From: Desulfobacterales bacterium
GTDB lineage: Bacteria; Desulfobacterota; Desulfobacteria; Desulfobacterales; UBA5852
DNA length: 64,000 nt
Assembly: GCA_963674755.2 (NCBI GenBank)
Contig: CAXXVS010000003.1
Span: 2,048,001 to 2,112,000, forward strand
Reading direction: 5' to 3'
The stretch's first letter is position 1. Every line of letters begins with the position of its first letter. Positions 9,470 through 18,795 of the stretch are shown here, in pieces. The position numbers and the translations under genes were made by a program. Under the pieces are notes generated by a model. The model worked only from the letters and a program-made list of their open reading frames with translations. It had not been told where the DNA came from and did no database searches.

Positions 9470-11530
9470 TCAGTTCTCGTCTTCCTGGGTACAGAAGTAC
9501 TCGATGGTCTTCTGGGCGCAGGTGGTGCAATAGGACAGCTTGTGCAGCATGGTGTCGATCATGCGGTCGTAGAGCTTCTGGTTCTCTTCGTTGGTGCGGT
9601 TGGCCAGGGCGCCCACCAGACTGCCGGCCCCGGCGATGTCCGATTTAAGGCGCACGTCGGTCACGGCCTTGACCAGTTCAAGGTTGTCCATGAAGTCGTA
9701 GTCGGGCTGCACCGAAATTTTCTGGCCGTAGATCTTGCGGATGGAGGTCCGGAAAGATTCCCGCTGTTCGGCGGTCTTGAGTCCCAGGCGTTCCTCCACG
9801 CTGTTGATATAGCGCTCGTCGATTTTCATGGCCTTCAGCTCACCGGTCTGGGGGTCCTTGTATTTCCACATCTTGTCCGGCCCCAGGTTTTCGGCGTCGA
9901 TGCCGATGATCATGTTGACGTAGTTCATGACGTCCTTGCGGATGGCATGGGGCTCGTCCATGTAGGCGTTGAACATTTCCGTCATGATCCGTTCGCGGTA
10001 GAGCCCCCTGGCCAGCTTGAGGTCATCGAGGTATTTGCCCCGGTCGTTGGCCTCCGGCACGTAGTCCAGAATGATGCGCTCCAGGGCACGGAAGATGTCG
10101 TAGGCGAACATGCAGCGCCCCTCGTTGGTCTCCGAGCTTTCGATGAGCAGTTGGATGGCCCGGCCCAGATTACGCTGGCCCAGTCCCTTCTGGCCGAAAC
10201 GCCGCGTGATGTCCGGTTCCTGGTTGAGGGTGTCGATCACCTCCGAAAGGGTTTTGATGCTTTTTTCGCCGGCGATTTCGCCGGCGGCCAGCTTCAGGGT
10301 CTCCACCGGCGTCAGTTTCTCGGATTTGGGCAGCCTGGAGAGCACCGCGGCCACCGAGGCCGCGTAGTTCAGGTTGGGGTCCTGATGGAGTTCCTCCCGG
10401 CTCAGGGTGGTGCGGGCGCCGCTGCCGATGGCATAGCGGGTCAGGTCTTTCTGGAGCTTATAGTTGGTATTGTGGGAGACATAGGTAATGCGGCAGCGGT
10501 CCACGATGGGGGCTTCTTCCTTTTCGGCCAGGAAGCGGTTGAACTCGGCGTTGTTGCTGGTGGCGATGATCAGGGAGTCGATGGGCCACTTGAACCCGTC
10601 GATTTCGATGCTGCGGTTCTGGATGACCCCCAGGTAGACCTGGATGAGGTCTTTTTTGTTTTTGAACAATTCATCCACAAAGTGAATGCCGCCGCCCGCT
10701 ACCCGGGCCAGGGCACCGCGCCGCAGGTCGAAGCGATAGGGGTTGCCGGTATCGCTGATATGCAGCAGACGCTGGATGGATTCCTCCCCCAGAAGGTCCA
10801 CGGCGGACGAGGTGATCTTGTCCTTGGCCGGGTATTTGCCGGTGAGGGTGCCCAGGCTTTCGCTCATGGGAATGGGCATGACCTCGATGTGCTCGAGCAT
10901 CTTGACCAGCTGGCCGTCATGCAGGCGCCGGAAATCGTTCCAGATATATTCGCTGCAGGCGCCCAGGGGGCGGTAATTGGCAAATACCTCATCGACGAGG
11001 GCTTCCGGAAAGCCCAACTGCTCGTTCAGGACAGCGCGGCTGGCTTCGGGCGTTTCCGCCAGATTCATGGCCAGCACCATGGGGTCTTCATAGGTTTGGG
11101 ATTCCGCGGCCTGAATTTTGCCGTAGGTGCCGATGCGATCGAGGTGCAGAAAACGGAAGGTATAGCGGCGGTTCTCCGGACGGCTTACAAAGCGGCGGTA
11201 TTGCTCGCAGAGGAAGTCCACGAAATAGGTTTTCCCGTTGCCCGGCTCCCCCACGAGGACATAGGCCATCTCCTTGGAAGATCCCCCTTCGGCCGCATCT
11301 TTCACATAGGAGACGAAACTGTTGATTTCGTCGTACATACCCACCACCGGTTTGATGCCGGAGCGGAAGATGCCGTAGTCGTAGGTCGTCTTGCCGTTGA
11401 CGACCACTTTCTGGATCTCGTTGTCCAGGATCATGCGGGCCACCGACTGGAAGGCGTTCTCGAATCGGCGGTTTCCAGCCTGGAATTCTTCCAGATGGTG
11501 CTGAAGCGTCTGCGGGGCTGCGTTGGCCAT
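9470..11530 (-). CDS. prkA: PrkA/YeaG family serine protein kinase / AAA+ ATPase
   Basis: Walker A GEPGNGKT, Walker B IHFVDE, IIATSNNAEF, IVDRC, C-terminal YCTTCA. Confidence 0.88.
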   Translation of the reverse strand: MANAAPQTLQHHLEEFQAGNRRFENAFQSVARMILDNEIQKVVVNGKTTYDYGIFRSGIKPVVGMYDEINSFVSYVKDAAEGGSSKEMAYVLVGEPGNGKTYFVDFLCEQYRRFVSRPENRRYTFRFLHLDRIGTYGKIQAAESQTYEDPMVLAMNLAETPEASRAVLNEQLGFPEALVDEVFANYRPLGACSEYIWNDFRRLHDGQLVKMLEHIEVMPIPMSESLGTLTGKYPAKDKITSSAVDLLGEESIQRLLHISDTGNPYRFDLRRGALARVAGGGIHFVDELFKNKKDLIQVYLGVIQNRSIEIDGFKWPIDSLIIATSNNAEFNRFLAEKEEAPIVDRCRITYVSHNTNYKLQKDLTRYAIGSGARTTLSREELHQDPNLNYAASVAAVLSRLPKSEKLTPVETLKLAAGEIAGEKSIKTLSEVIDTLNQEPDITRRFGQKGLGQRNLGRAIQLLIESSETNEGRCMFAYDIFRALERIILDYVPEANDRGKYLDDLKLARGLYRERIMTEMFNAYMDEPHAIRKDVMNYVNMIIGIDAENLGPDKMWKYKDPQTGELKAMKIDERYINSVEERLGLKTAEQRESFRTSIRKIYGQKISVQPDYDFMDNLELVKAVTDVRLKSDIAGAGSLVGALANRTNEENQKLYDRMIDTMLHKLSYCTTCAQKTIEYFCTQEDEN

Positions 11531-11850
11531 GTCGCCCTCCCGTAGGCCCGTGTTTTTCAGACGGGTCGAATGAAAGGTTGGGGTTCCGGGGCGATGGTTG
11601 TTCAGAGGTGTCAGGTGCTGCGGCGGAGAGCATCAGACCAGCGGGGAGGATGGCATCGTACTCGGGTTCGTTGTCCGTCGCCCTACTCAATATAAGGGCT
11701 GCGGCAGGCATGGCAATGCAACAGCGTGCCGGGGCCGACGGCGGGTGGCCTGCGTGGCGGCCCTTAAGACGGACGTTCGTTGGGAGCGACCGGAGGGATG
11801 CTTGGGTGGCGGTCGCTTCAGCGGCCGGCCTATCGGTTGTGGATCAGGGC

Positions 11851-12090
11851 TTAGCGCAGTCCCGGATCCCAGGGCGCTTCGGTGGTATCGTTATGGGCAG
11901 CCATATTGAGATAGGTTGCCATGGTGTTGGCTATCTTTTCCTTGGCGGCCGGGTCGCCCGAGAATTCGATGCGGCGGTTGCCGTTTTGAAAATCGATGGT
12001 CATGGAACAGTCGTATTTCTGCGCCGTGGCTTTGGCGATGCGTGCCAGAATTTCCAGATTGGTTTCTTCACGATTGATCTTGATGGGCAT
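11851..12090 (-). CDS. Small hypothetical protein (79 aa)
   Basis: AGGAGG RBS, protein-like composition, sigma54 motif upstream. Confidence 0.7.
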   Translation of the reverse strand: MPIKINREETNLEILARIAKATAQKYDCSMTIDFQNGNRRIEFSGDPAAKEKIANTMATYLNMAAHNDTTEAPWDPGLR

Positions 12091-12142
12091 GGTGGATTCA
12101 GCCTCCTGTCATCAGGTTCGCCCTGGATTAGCCCGTAGTATT

Positions 12143-12158
12143 AGCAAGAGCCATGCCG
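12143..12158 (-). promoter_or_regulatory. Sigma54 -24/-12 promoter
   Basis: CGGCATGGCTCTTGCT = GG-N10-GC, about 50 bp upstream of ATG 12090. Confidence 0.6.
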
Positions 12159-12839
12159 CAATGATCGCTATAAGGAGGTTATCCTCCGCCTGCCTGGCGC
12201 ACGGGCGATTCCGGCGGGATCGGCCGGCGGGTTGCCGATGGTGGTCCCCCGCCGTCTGAATGAGCGTCCGGGAATTGTAAACGTGTCTTCGGCAAGCGTC
12301 AGGCAATTGACGTCCGGCAACGCATATGGCTTGTTGTCCGCGACGTGATCATCCCCGTATGGCCATCGTGACAATGGTAGCTATGGACAATATTGTGTTT
12401 TGAGGGGGATTAAAAAACAAAATTGTATTTTTAAAAAACAGCCACCGAAGATGTTGCCGGCGGGGGATTGTACCCATCGCGGAACAAGGGACGACGATTG
12501 CATTGCGGGGCGTTATACCGTATGAAAGGGCGTGAATTTGGCCCCGGAGGGCTGTTTTGCGGTCCGCCTTCCAGAGCGCAATCCGAGGCCTTGAACCCCT
12601 TTCAACCTTTGGGTGAGGATTGATGTGGACCAGCTGGCATTATTCGCTGTGCAAAACAAACCGCGTGCGGCGGGCCGTGAAGATGCGGTGACCATTCGTT
12701 CCGGGCAGGTCGGGGCGATCCGCTTTGGGGCCACCGAGACGTCCTATGCCCTGACCCGCAGCGTGCTCAGCGCGCTGGCCGCCGCCCCCACCGATGCAGA
12801 GGTTGGCGCTCCCCAGGCAGAATCTTCCTGACGTTCCTA

Positions 12840-14072
12840 TCATGCCGCAGCATTAATGATGCCGCAGTCCTGCAAGGCCCTTTGGAGCTGTCGCAGCCGT
12901 TCCTCCAGATTGCCGGTAATGCCCACCGACATGCGCAGCAGACCGGGGGAAAGGCCCATGCGGCCCTGTTCCTCGGCATCGATTTCCGACGAGGTGGAGG
13001 CCCCGGAGCAGGACATGAGCGTATCGAAGTAGCCCAGTGATACGGCCATGAATCCGAACCGCTCCGTGTTCTGCAGCCGGTCCATGAGGGCTTCGGCTGT
13101 GGCCTGGGTGCCGCAGTCGATGGTCAGCATGCCGCCGTAGCCATAACCGTCATTCACGATTTCACGCATCCGGGAGTGCTGGGGGAAAGCGGGCAGGCCC
13201 GGGTAGGTGACCGTTACCCCCCAGGCCTTGAGATGCTCGGCCACGACCATGGCCCGCCGTCCGTGCTCCCGCATCCGAACGGCCAGATGGGGGATGCGCT
13301 GGATGATGTCGAAGGCGGCGCGAGGATCAAGGGTGGGCCCCAGCAGCATGGCCCGGCCGGTATGCAGGTTCATCAGCTCATGGATGAAGGCCCGGCGGGC
13401 GCAAATTGCTCCGGCCAGCAGATCGCTGGCGCCGTTGATGAATTTGGTCATGGAGTAGACCACCACGTCGGCGCCCAGGACCGCCGGTGAGATGAGCATG
13501 GGCGTGAAGGTGTTGTCCACCACGAGGGCCGCGCCGGCCTGATGCGCCCTGGCGGCGATTTGCGGAATGTCGGCCAGGATCAGGGTCGGATTGCCCACGG
13601 TTTCCGTGTACCAGACTTTGGTGGCGGGGCGCGTGGCCGCCTCGAAATGCTCCGGCCGGGTGGGGTCGACGAAGGTGGCATCGATGCCCCACTGGGGCAG
13701 GAGATCGGCCAGCAGGGCATGGGTGCCGCCGTAGATGGTGCGGCTGGCCACGATGTGATCGCCCTGCCGGCATAGCTGCAGGAGCGTGCAGGCGATGGCG
13801 GCCATGCCGCTGGCCGTGCAGATGGCGTATTCCGTGCCCTCCATGGCCGCCAGATAGCGCGCCAGGACATCGACCGTGGGGTTGAAATGGCGGCTGTAGA
13901 GATAGCAGCCCCCCTGTTCCGGGCTGCGGATGCCCTTGAATATTTCCGGCATGGTTTCCGGGGTCATGACGGTAAACGTCGACGAGCGGGAAATGGAGGG
14001 GCAAACCCCGCCGTGCTCCCCGAACTCCCGGCGAATCCGGGCAATGGCCTCTTCAGGGTCGAAGTGTTCCAT
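12840..14072 (-). CDS. megL: Methionine gamma-lyase-like Cys/Met metabolism PLP enzyme
   Basis: EFGEHGGV, YLYSRHFNPT, SGMAAI, VDNTF, YSMTKF (PLP Lys), AVSLGYFDTL. Confidence 0.82.
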   Translation of the reverse strand: MEHFDPEEAIARIRREFGEHGGVCPSISRSSTFTVMTPETMPEIFKGIRSPEQGGCYLYSRHFNPTVDVLARYLAAMEGTEYAICTASGMAAIACTLLQLCRQGDHIVASRTIYGGTHALLADLLPQWGIDATFVDPTRPEHFEAATRPATKVWYTETVGNPTLILADIPQIAARAHQAGAALVVDNTFTPMLISPAVLGADVVVYSMTKFINGASDLLAGAICARRAFIHELMNLHTGRAMLLGPTLDPRAAFDIIQRIPHLAVRMREHGRRAMVVAEHLKAWGVTVTYPGLPAFPQHSRMREIVNDGYGYGGMLTIDCGTQATAEALMDRLQNTERFGFMAVSLGYFDTLMSCSGASTSSEIDAEEQGRMGLSPGLLRMSVGITGNLEERLRQLQRALQDCGIINAAA

Positions 14073-14189
14073 GGTTCCTCTCCTCCAGGGGGTGACATCA
14101 TGCGATTAAGACTGAATATGGTACTTCAGGTCGTGCCGCTCCTCCGTCGCCCCGGCAACAGGTACGGGGAGCGGGCTGGGGGCGCATCT

Positions 14190-16313
14190 TCAGGAAGGGC
14201 TGTCCAGCACCTTGCGCATGGTTTTCGCCAGATCGCTCATGACGATCGGTTTGAGGATGAAGGCCTGGATGCCAAGGCGCTTGGCCGCTTCTTCCGTGAT
14301 GGTTTCGCTGAATCCCGTGCACAGGATAATGGGCAGCTGCGGGTTGATCTTCAACAGCTCGACGGCCAGCTCCTTGCCGGTCATGCGGGGCATGGTCATG
14401 TCGGTGATCACCAGGTCGAAGGCGGCGGGATCCCGCTGAAAATGCTGCAACGCCTCGAGACTGCTCGTGCAGGCCGTCACCTGATAGCCCAGCCGCTGCA
14501 AAATCTGTCCGCTCATGTCCACCAGCATGGTTTCGTCGTCCACGAAGAGGACCCGTTCGGTACCCGAGGGCAGGGGTAATGGGTCCGGAGGCGTGTTGGC
14601 GGTGCGGCGCCGGACCTTGGGCAGGTAGATGCGAAAGGTGGTCCCCTCCCCGGGCCGGCTTGCCACATCGATGGATCCACCGTGGCTTTTGATGATGCCG
14701 TGGGCCACCGAGAGGCCCATGCCCGTACCCTCGGTGTGTTCCTTGGTGGTGAAAAACGGGTCGAAGATGCGGTCGATAATGGTGGGGGGGATGCCGTGGC
14801 CGGTATCTTCTACGGTGAGCAGCAGATAGGCATCGGCCGCCAACCCCGTCAGCCGTCGTTCCTGGATTTCGTCTTCATCGGCGTCACGCAGGGCAACGGT
14901 CAGCCGGCCGCCGCGATCGCGCATGGCGTGGCCGGCGTTCGTGCAAAGGTTCATCAGCACCTGGTGCATCTGGGTGGGGTCGCCCATGATAAAGGCGTCG
15001 GACTGGATGTCCGTGTGGATTGCGATGGTCGTGGGCAGGGAGGCCCGCAGCAGTTCGCAGGCTTCCTGAATGATGCGGTCCAGTTGGACCGGCCGCATCT
15101 CATGCTCGCTCTGCCGGCTGAAGGCCAGAATCTGCTGCACCAGGTGTTTGGCGCGCAGGCCGGCTTGCAGCACCTGTTCCATGTTGTGGCTGAGAAACGA
15201 ATCCGGGGGGGCATCTTCCATGGCCATTTCGGTAAATCCGATCACGGCGGAAAGGATGTTGTTGAAATCGTGCGCAATACCGCCGGCCAGGGTGCCCACG
15301 GCCTCCATCTTCTGGGCCTGGCGCAGTTGACGGCCCAGGGCTTTTTTCTCCTCCTCGGCCTCCATGCGTTCGGTCAGGTCGTACACCGAAATAAAGACCT
15401 TCTCCCAGCTGTCTTCGTAGCCGGGCGGAATGGAGGATTTGATCAGCAGGTGGCGGTCGTTCCCTTTCAGGGTCCGGTTGACGCACTCGATCTCAAACCG
15501 CCCCTCCTGGGCCATGGCCACCAGTTCCTGCTTCAGCACGCTATGGGCGGTTTGGGGCAGAATCCGGTGGATGTTGGCCAGGAGTTCTTCCTTGCTGCCG
15601 GCTTCATACAGGGCCAGGGTCACCCGGTTGACATCCAGGATGCGGATCATACGAATGCAGCGGGAGATCTCCTCCGGGTGGTCGCTGAAATAGCGTGTAA
15701 AATTGTCGACACCATCCGCCTTGAGACGATCGAAATGGCGTTTCAGGCGGCTGAAATTTTCCTCCCAGAGCGAGATCGGCGAGTCCTCAAACAAGGCCCG
15801 GTAGCGCAGCTCGCTGCGCTTGAGATTTTCCTCGGCCCGCAGGCGGGCACTGATGTCGCGCCCCACGATCAGGCCGAGGGCCGTGTTCTTCAACTGGGCT
15901 TTTTGGATCGAAATGTCTACCCTGGTTCGGCGACCGCTACGATCGTGGCAGAAGGTGACCGACGGCGCGGCGGGGCGCTGTTCTTCGGACGGCGGTCGGG
16001 AGTGAAAGGGGAAATCGGCAAAGAGATCCTGCTGGGGGAAGATGTCCGTCACCGACAGGCGCGTGAGGACCTCGAAGGAATAGCCGGACTGGGCGACCGC
16101 GCTGCGGTTAGCGTCCTGGATGCGGCCGTCGTTGGCATCGAACAGGAAAACCATGTCGCTGGCCTGGTCCAGCAGAAAACGGAAGCGTTCCAGCTCCTCG
16201 AGCCGCCGCTGCAGCTGGGGGTAGTAGCTTTTGCGTACAGTGCGTTCCCCGAGGCCGATGATCCGCTGGCGGGTCAATCGGTATTGGAGATCGCGGTCAG
16301 AGGGCTTGGGCAT
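14190..16313 (-). CDS. PAS-PAS hybrid sensor histidine kinase/receiver with ErcS-like N-terminus
   Basis: IIGLGERTVRKSYYPQL N-terminus; GIAHDFNN H-box; FFTTK..GTGMGL; receiver LVITDMTMP. Confidence 0.9.
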   Translation of the reverse strand: MPKPSDRDLQYRLTRQRIIGLGERTVRKSYYPQLQRRLEELERFRFLLDQASDMVFLFDANDGRIQDANRSAVAQSGYSFEVLTRLSVTDIFPQQDLFADFPFHSRPPSEEQRPAAPSVTFCHDRSGRRTRVDISIQKAQLKNTALGLIVGRDISARLRAEENLKRSELRYRALFEDSPISLWEENFSRLKRHFDRLKADGVDNFTRYFSDHPEEISRCIRMIRILDVNRVTLALYEAGSKEELLANIHRILPQTAHSVLKQELVAMAQEGRFEIECVNRTLKGNDRHLLIKSSIPPGYEDSWEKVFISVYDLTERMEAEEEKKALGRQLRQAQKMEAVGTLAGGIAHDFNNILSAVIGFTEMAMEDAPPDSFLSHNMEQVLQAGLRAKHLVQQILAFSRQSEHEMRPVQLDRIIQEACELLRASLPTTIAIHTDIQSDAFIMGDPTQMHQVLMNLCTNAGHAMRDRGGRLTVALRDADEDEIQERRLTGLAADAYLLLTVEDTGHGIPPTIIDRIFDPFFTTKEHTEGTGMGLSVAHGIIKSHGGSIDVASRPGEGTTFRIYLPKVRRRTANTPPDPLPLPSGTERVLFVDDETMLVDMSGQILQRLGYQVTACTSSLEALQHFQRDPAAFDLVITDMTMPRMTGKELAVELLKINPQLPIILCTGFSETITEEAAKRLGIQAFILKPIVMSDLAKTMRKVLDSPS

Positions 16314-17448
16314 AGACCGTCTCGATGTCGCTGATGGTGGGTGCAACGGGATTGGTCGCCATGCAGGGGTCGTCGACGGCAAGTCGCGCCAGCTGGGGGA
16401 TGTCTTCCCTGCGAATCCCCCGATCCCGGAGACGCGCGGTAATGCCGATGCAATGTCTAAACCCGGTCAGGGACGCGATGATCGTCTCGCAGGCCGCTTC
16501 ACTGGACAGGCCTTCCAGCGAAACCCCCAGGCTGTCGGCCAAGGCGGCGTAGCGCTGGCCGGATTGGGGCCAGTTAAACCGCATCACATGGTCGACCAAT
16601 AGGCTGTTGCACTCTCCGTGGGGCAGGTCGAACAACCCGCCGATGCTGTGCGCCATGGCGTGCACGGCGCCCAAACTGGCGTTGGAAAAGGCCAGGCCCG
16701 CGGCCAGGCTGCCGAACATGACCTGCCGGCGCGCTGCCATGTCGCGGGGGTGTTCGACGACTTGCGGCAGGTAGCGGAAGATGCGGCGGACGGCTTCACG
16801 GGCATGCAGGTCGGTCATCTCCGAGGCGGCATTGGAGACCAGGGCTTCCAGAGCGTGTACCAGGGCATCCATGCCTGTGCAGGCTGTCAGATAGGCATCC
16901 ATGGTGACGGTGGGCTCCGGATCCACCAGGGCCACATCGGGCACCACGCTTTTGCTGAGGATAGCGATTTTGCGTTTTTCAAAGCGGTTGCTGAGGATGG
17001 CGAATTGGGACACATCGGAGGATGTCCCGGCCGTAGTCGGGATGCAGATCAGCGGCGGACCGGGATCGTCCACCCGGTCGACACCCTCGAACTCCAGGAC
17101 ATGGCGACGGTTGGTATGGACGATGCCGATGGCCTTGGCGCAATCCATGGGGCTGCCCCCGCCCACCGCCAGAATAACATCGCACCCTTCCCGCTCGTAA
17201 CGTTCCGCGCCGGCCATGACCTCCTCGGCCCGCGGGTTGGGGCTGACCTCGGTGAACATCGCCCACTCGAGGGCGGCGGCCTCGAGGCAGCGGAGGACGG
17301 CCTGGGCCCAGCCGGCCTGGACGACACCCGGGTCTGATACCAGAAATACCTTGCTGGCGCCGAGGTTACGGGCATAGCGGCCCGCCAGCTGCAAGGCGCC
17401 GGACCCGAAAACGATTTCCGGCGCCACGAATTTACGCAAATTTTCCAT
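16297..17448 (-). CDS. ercA: Iron-containing alcohol dehydrogenase family, ErcA-like
   Basis: LRKFVAPEIVFG, GGGSPMD, PTTAGTSSDVSQF, DALVH, HAMAHS..LPHGECN; overlaps the kinase start. Confidence 0.85.
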   Translation of the reverse strand: MENLRKFVAPEIVFGSGALQLAGRYARNLGASKVFLVSDPGVVQAGWAQAVLRCLEAAALEWAMFTEVSPNPRAEEVMAGAERYEREGCDVILAVGGGSPMDCAKAIGIVHTNRRHVLEFEGVDRVDDPGPPLICIPTTAGTSSDVSQFAILSNRFEKRKIAILSKSVVPDVALVDPEPTVTMDAYLTACTGMDALVHALEALVSNAASEMTDLHAREAVRRIFRYLPQVVEHPRDMAARRQVMFGSLAAGLAFSNASLGAVHAMAHSIGGLFDLPHGECNSLLVDHVMRFNWPQSGQRYAALADSLGVSLEGLSSEAACETIIASLTGFRHCIGITARLRDRGIRREDIPQLARLAVDDPCMATNPVAPTISDIETVYAQAL

Positions 17449-17739
17449 TTCCGAAATCCATTGGGGCGTCCTGCAGGGAGGCCGGCCCGGAAGGAGGGGG
17501 ACACGCTGTTGCCGCAGGCCGCCATTCCGTTTTTCATCGGATGCTAATGCCACCCTAATGAGCAAGCGGTCAAATGTCAATCGGGCGGGCGCGGATCCGG
17601 CCGGCCGCGCAGCGTGTGGTGGGCTTAGGGAGGGTACGATCTAACCGGGGGAACAATTCTTGGCCGCAACGGCTTGACTTTGGCCAACTATTCATTACTT
17701 TTTTATATAACTTGGCGATCTTTATCGAAAGGATGATTT

Positions 17740-17913
17740 ATGGATACACAGTCTAATCTCGGTAAACGGGTTAAGTTTACGGTCGACGCTTTCTGGATCG
17801 GTTTGGTGGAAGGCACCGTCGTCAAAGAGTTCAAGAACGGTAAAGTGGCCGTCAAAGTGGATCGGCCCAACAAAGTATTTCATGTCAAGGGCAGTGATGT
17901 CACACACATATGA
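17740..17913 (+). CDS. Unannotated 57-aa beta-rich (SH3/KOW-like) small protein
   Basis: GAAAGGA RBS; MDTQSNLGKRVKFTVDAFWIGLVEGTVVKEFKNGKVAVKVDRPNKVFHVKGSDVTHI; stop overlaps the recombinase ATG (ATGA). Confidence 0.75.
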   Translation: MDTQSNLGKRVKFTVDAFWIGLVEGTVVKEFKNGKVAVKVDRPNKVFHVKGSDVTHI

Positions 17914-18503
17914 CCGGTGACAACCGTCCGCGCAAGGGGGCCCGCATCAAAGTGGAGCCCATTCGGTATCTGGCGGACATCAAACGCATCAAAAACTTTC
18001 TGATGCAACGCCCCCGCGATCTCGCTCTCTTCACGCTGGGTATCAACTCTCCTTTACGGGTGTCCGATCTGCTTGGGCTGACCTTTGGTCAGGTAGCGGA
18101 TTTGGCGCCGGGCGATTTCCTGAGCATTCATGAAAAACGTACCGGCCGACGCCTCAAGACAGGCTTCAATCATGTCTGCTGTGCGGCGGTCGCCAATCTG
18201 GTGGTGAGTTTGCCGTCCAGGCCCGATCCGGCATGCGCCCTTTTTGCGAGCCGGCGGGGCGACGTTTTGCTGCCATCCTCGGTGCACCGTTTGGTCAAAT
18301 CATGGTGCAAGGGCATCGGACTGGAAGGCAATTACGGCGCCAATACGCTTCGGAAAACCTGGGGCTATCACCAGTTCGCAACCTTCGGTACGGATCTGGC
18401 CCGCTTGAGGTCCTATTTCCATCACCCCACCCGTCGGCAAACCCTCGATTATCTTTGTCTCGTGCCGGAAGATTTCAAAAGCATTTTCGACCATGAATTG
18501 TGA
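17910..18503 (+). CDS. Tyrosine recombinase/integrase, catalytic domain only
   Basis: RDLALFTLGINSPLRVSDL (R), EKRTG (K), ANTLRKTWGY (HxxR with H>N), FHH, TLDYL (Y). Confidence 0.88.
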   Translation: MTGDNRPRKGARIKVEPIRYLADIKRIKNFLMQRPRDLALFTLGINSPLRVSDLLGLTFGQVADLAPGDFLSIHEKRTGRRLKTGFNHVCCAAVANLVVSLPSRPDPACALFASRRGDVLLPSSVHRLVKSWCKGIGLEGNYGANTLRKTWGYHQFATFGTDLARLRSYFHHPTRRQTLDYLCLVPEDFKSIFDHEL

Positions 18504-18795
18504 CACCTTCCATTGAAGGGCTGAACCTGCGATAAGAGAATTTTCCCCCGGGAAGGTGTCGGGCCCCACCCGATGGTTCTTGCAATGCCCCTTGATCAAA
18601 TCGTGCGCTTGCCCTATGATAGCCTTCCAATTCCACCAGGTCCGGACCTTTTCAAAATCGACGCGCGACCGGCCGCGCGCCCGATCGATCACCATGACGG
18701 ACAGCTTTCCCCTTCGTCAAGAAATATGTCATTCCCGGCGACCGCCCGGTGTGCACCGCGGTCCTAACCCTAACCGTCCATATAAGGAAAACACC

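Noticed and set aside
9299..11545. Long antisense ORFs (also 14682-16334, 26568-28646, 41739-43247, 56107-57570, 62227-63963)
   Set aside because: Shadow frames opposite well-supported genes, expected at high GC3; no motifs
11717..11732. Sigma54-like motif CGGCACGCTGTTGCA upstream of prkA
   Set aside because: GG-to-GC spacing is 9 rather than the required 10
12532..12831. Possible TGA read-through (12592) extending the 72-aa ORF 12613-12831
   Set aside because: No Cys/Sec-type motif, no convincing SECIS and no recognisable family; the ORF itself is uncertain
14073..14189. SAM riboswitch upstream of the Met gamma-lyase gene
   Set aside because: No SAM-I core motifs visible
17578..18690. Weak inverted similarity (ATCGGGCG..CGCGG) flanking the recombinase module
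   Set aside because: Short, gapped and GC-rich; compatible with chance
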